This document shows, piece by piece, positions 61,400 through 64,000 of a stretch of DNA of 64,000 bases (its first letter is position 1; each line of letters opens with the position of its first letter). The notes under the pieces are model-generated. The model made no database searches. It was not told where the DNA came from and saw only the letters and a list, made by a program, of their open reading frames with translations. Origin of the DNA: Macrostomum lignano (taxonomy: Eukaryota). Location: the NCBI GenBank assembly GCA_002269645.1, contig NIVC01000132.1, positions 124,001 through 188,000 on the forward strand, given 5' to 3'. The position numbers were made by a program, and so were the translations under genes.

Positions 61400-64000
61400 A
61401 TGTCTTCCGCAAAGGTAAGCGAGTGAGTTGTTATTTTAAAACATCGCTTTCTAATGTACTGCTTTAAGAGATTGTAAGTACAAGTCTTCCTATCTGTTAC
61501 CCCACACTCCGCAGCCCGTGCTCTACTCCTATTTTCGTTCCTCCTGCTCTTGGCGAGTTCGCATCGCTCTGCTACTCAAAGGTCTGGAGTTCGAGACCCG
61601 GCCAATCAACCTATTAAAAGGAGAGAACCGATCCGACGAGTATTTAGCAATTTGTCCGATGGGCCAGGTACCAACTCTGGTGATTGACGGGCACACAATG
61701 ACCCAGTCTGTGGCCATTATCGAGTACCTGGAGGAGGCTTATAAAGAGCGGGGCACCCGGCTCCTACCTGACCTGCCTGTGGAACGGGCGGTGGTTCGCG
61801 AGCTGACGGAGATGATCTCGTCCGGGATGCAGCCGCTGCAGAATCCTTCGGTTAGTGTCTAGGGTGTTTATGGGGTCATTACCCCCCTCAGGGTGTTTAT
61901 GCGGTCAGTGCCCCCCTCAGGGTGTTTATGCGGTCAGTGCCCCCCTCAGGGTGTTTATGCGGTCAGTGCCCCCCTCAGGGTGTTTATGCGGTCAGGGCCT
62001 TTTCAAGACTATTTAATCGGTCATTCCCCCCCCCCCCAAGACTGTTCAGTCGGTCATTCCCCCCCCCCCCAAGACTGTTCAGTCGGTCATTCCCCCCCCC
62101 CCCAAGACTGTTCAGTCGGTCATTCCCCCCCCCAAGACTGTTCAGTCGGTCATTCCCCCCCCCAAGACTGTTCAGTCGGTCATTCCCCCCCCCCAAGACT
62201 GTTCAGTCGGTCATTCCCCCCCCCCAAGACTGTTCAGTCGGTCATTCCCCCCCCAAGACTGTTCAGTCGGTCATTCCCCCCCCCAAGACTGTTCAGTCGG
62301 TCATTCCCCCCCCCAAGACTGTTCAGTCGGTCATTCCCCCCCCCAAGACTGTTCAGTCGGTCATTCCCCCCCCCCAAGACTGTTCAGTCGGTCATTCCCC
62401 CCCCCCAAGACTGTTCAGTCGGTCATTCCCCCCCCCAAGACTGTTCAGTCGGTCATTCCCCCCCCCCAAGACTGTTCAGTCGGTCATTCCCCCCCCCCCA
62501 AGACTGTTCAGTCGGTCATTCCCCCCCCCCCAAGACTGTTTAGTCGGTCATTCCCCCCCCCCCCAAGACTGTTTAGTCGGTCATTCCCCCCCCCCCAAGA
62601 CTGTTCAGTCGGTCATCCCCCCCCCCAAGTCGGTCATTCCCCCCCCAAGACTGTTCAGTCGGTCATTCCCCCCCCCCAAGACTGTTTAGTCGGTCATTCC
62701 CCCCCCCAAGACTGTTCAGTCGGTCATTCCCCCCCCCAAGACTGTTCAGTCGGTCATTCCCCCCCCCCCCAAGACTGTTCAGTCGGTCATTCCCCCCCCA
62801 AGACTGTTCAGTCGGTCATTCCCCCCCCCCAAGACTGTTCAGTCGGTCATTCCCCCCCCCAAGACTGTTTAGTCGGTCATTCCCCCCCCAAGACTGTTTA
62901 GTCGGTCATTCCCCCCCCAAGACTGTTCAGTCGGTCATCCCCCCCCCCCAAGTCGGTCATTCCCCCCCAAGACTGTTCAGTCGGTCATTCCCCCCCCCAA
63001 GACTGTTTAGTCGGTCATTCCCCCCCCCCAAGACTGTTCAGTCGGTCATTCCCCCCCCCCAAGACTGTTCAGTCGGTCATTCCCCCCCAAGTCGGTCATT
63101 TCCCCCCCCCCCCCAAGACTGTTCAGTCGGTCATTCCCCCCCCCCCAAGACTGTTCAGTCGGTCATTCCCCCCCAAGACTGTTTAGTCGGTCATTCCCCC
63201 CCCCCAAGACTGTTTAGTCGGTCATTCCCCCCCCAAGACTGTTCAGTCGGTCATTCCCCCCCCCCAAGACTGTTTAGTCGGTCATTCCCCCCCCAAGACT
63301 GTTCAGTCGGTCATTCCCCCCCCCCCCAAGACTGTTTAGTCGGTCTCCCCCCCCCCAAGACTGTTTAGTCGGTCATTCCCCCCCTAAGACTGTTTAGTCG
63401 GTCTCCCCCCCCAAGACTGTTCAGTCGGTCATCCCCCCCCAAGACGGTTCAGTCGGTCATTCCCCCCCCAAGACTGTTCAGTCGGTCATTCCCCCCCAAG
63501 ACTGTTCAGTCGGTCATTCCCCCCCCCCCAAGTCGGTCATTCCCCCCCCAAGACTGTTCAGTCGGTCATTCCCCCCCAAGACTGTTCAGTCGGTCATTCC
63601 CCCCCCCAAGACTGTTCAGTCGGTCATTCCCCCCCCCAAGACTGTTCAGTCGGTCATTCCCCCCCCAAGACTGTTTAGTCGGTCATTACCCCTCAAGGCT
63701 ATTAAATCGGTCATTACCCCTTCAAGGCTATTAAATCGGTCATTTACCTCTTCAAGGCTATAAACCCCTTAGTCATTCCATGTTCATGTTTATTTTCCAA
63801 GCGTAAATATTAGCAATTACTAATCCTCACTTTCTAAAACCCTCTAATCTATAACTCATTAATCCTCACAAAATGCCAGGTATGCGCCAGAGTCGGCGCT
63901 GACAGGAAGACTGAGTGGGGCCACTACTACATCGATCGCGGCTTTCAAGCCCTGGAGAAGCGTCTATTAGAAACGTCGGGCAAATACTGCTTCAAGAATA
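61400..64000 (+). CDS. GSTZ1: Glutathione S-transferase zeta / maleylacetoacetate isomerase, 5' part (runs off the window)
   Basis: join(61400..61414,61515..61850,63880..>64000): MSSAK|[52 protein letters not shown]|[29 protein letters not shown]. The zeta signature [11 protein letters not shown] is present and all phases are 0. Confidence 0.96.
61875..63760. repeat. Minisatellites in GSTZ1 intron 2 (29-bp x4, then a roughly 30-bp unit with variable poly-C)
   Basis: CCCCTCAGGGTGTTTATGCGGTCAGTGCC followed by AAGACTGTTCAGTCGGTCATT(C)n. Confidence 0.96.

Overview
Eukaryotic (metazoan) genomic DNA. GC-rich, Ala/Gln-rich exons are separated by introns packed with locus-specific minisatellites, a style resembling the flatworm Macrostomum (organism is an inference). 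Four host genes are supported. (1) A 5-exon polypeptide GalNAc-transferase on the minus strand (8301-19934). (2) An intronless FoxA (25632-27239). (3) A 3-exon crooked-neck/CRNKL1 (about 56050-59896) with two apparent frame disruptions. (4) The 5' part of a zeta-class GST/maleylacetoacetate isomerase (61400 to the window end). Mobile DNA comprises a decayed Penelope-like retroelement with a hammerhead-like motif, an internally deleted Gypsy element, a full-length dead mariner (DD34D type), several MITEs and a foldback. About 20 distinct tandem arrays are present. The most striking unexplained signal lies inside the mariner. A 298-bp hAT-type MITE (perfect 14-bp TIRs, 8-bp TSD) carries an ungapped 64-nt copy of the conserved 28S rRNA segment targeted by R2 retrotransposons and I-PpoI, with the cut site itself replaced. 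A second, inverted copy lies about 270 bp further on. Coordinates were read by hand, and repeat boundaries are approximate.
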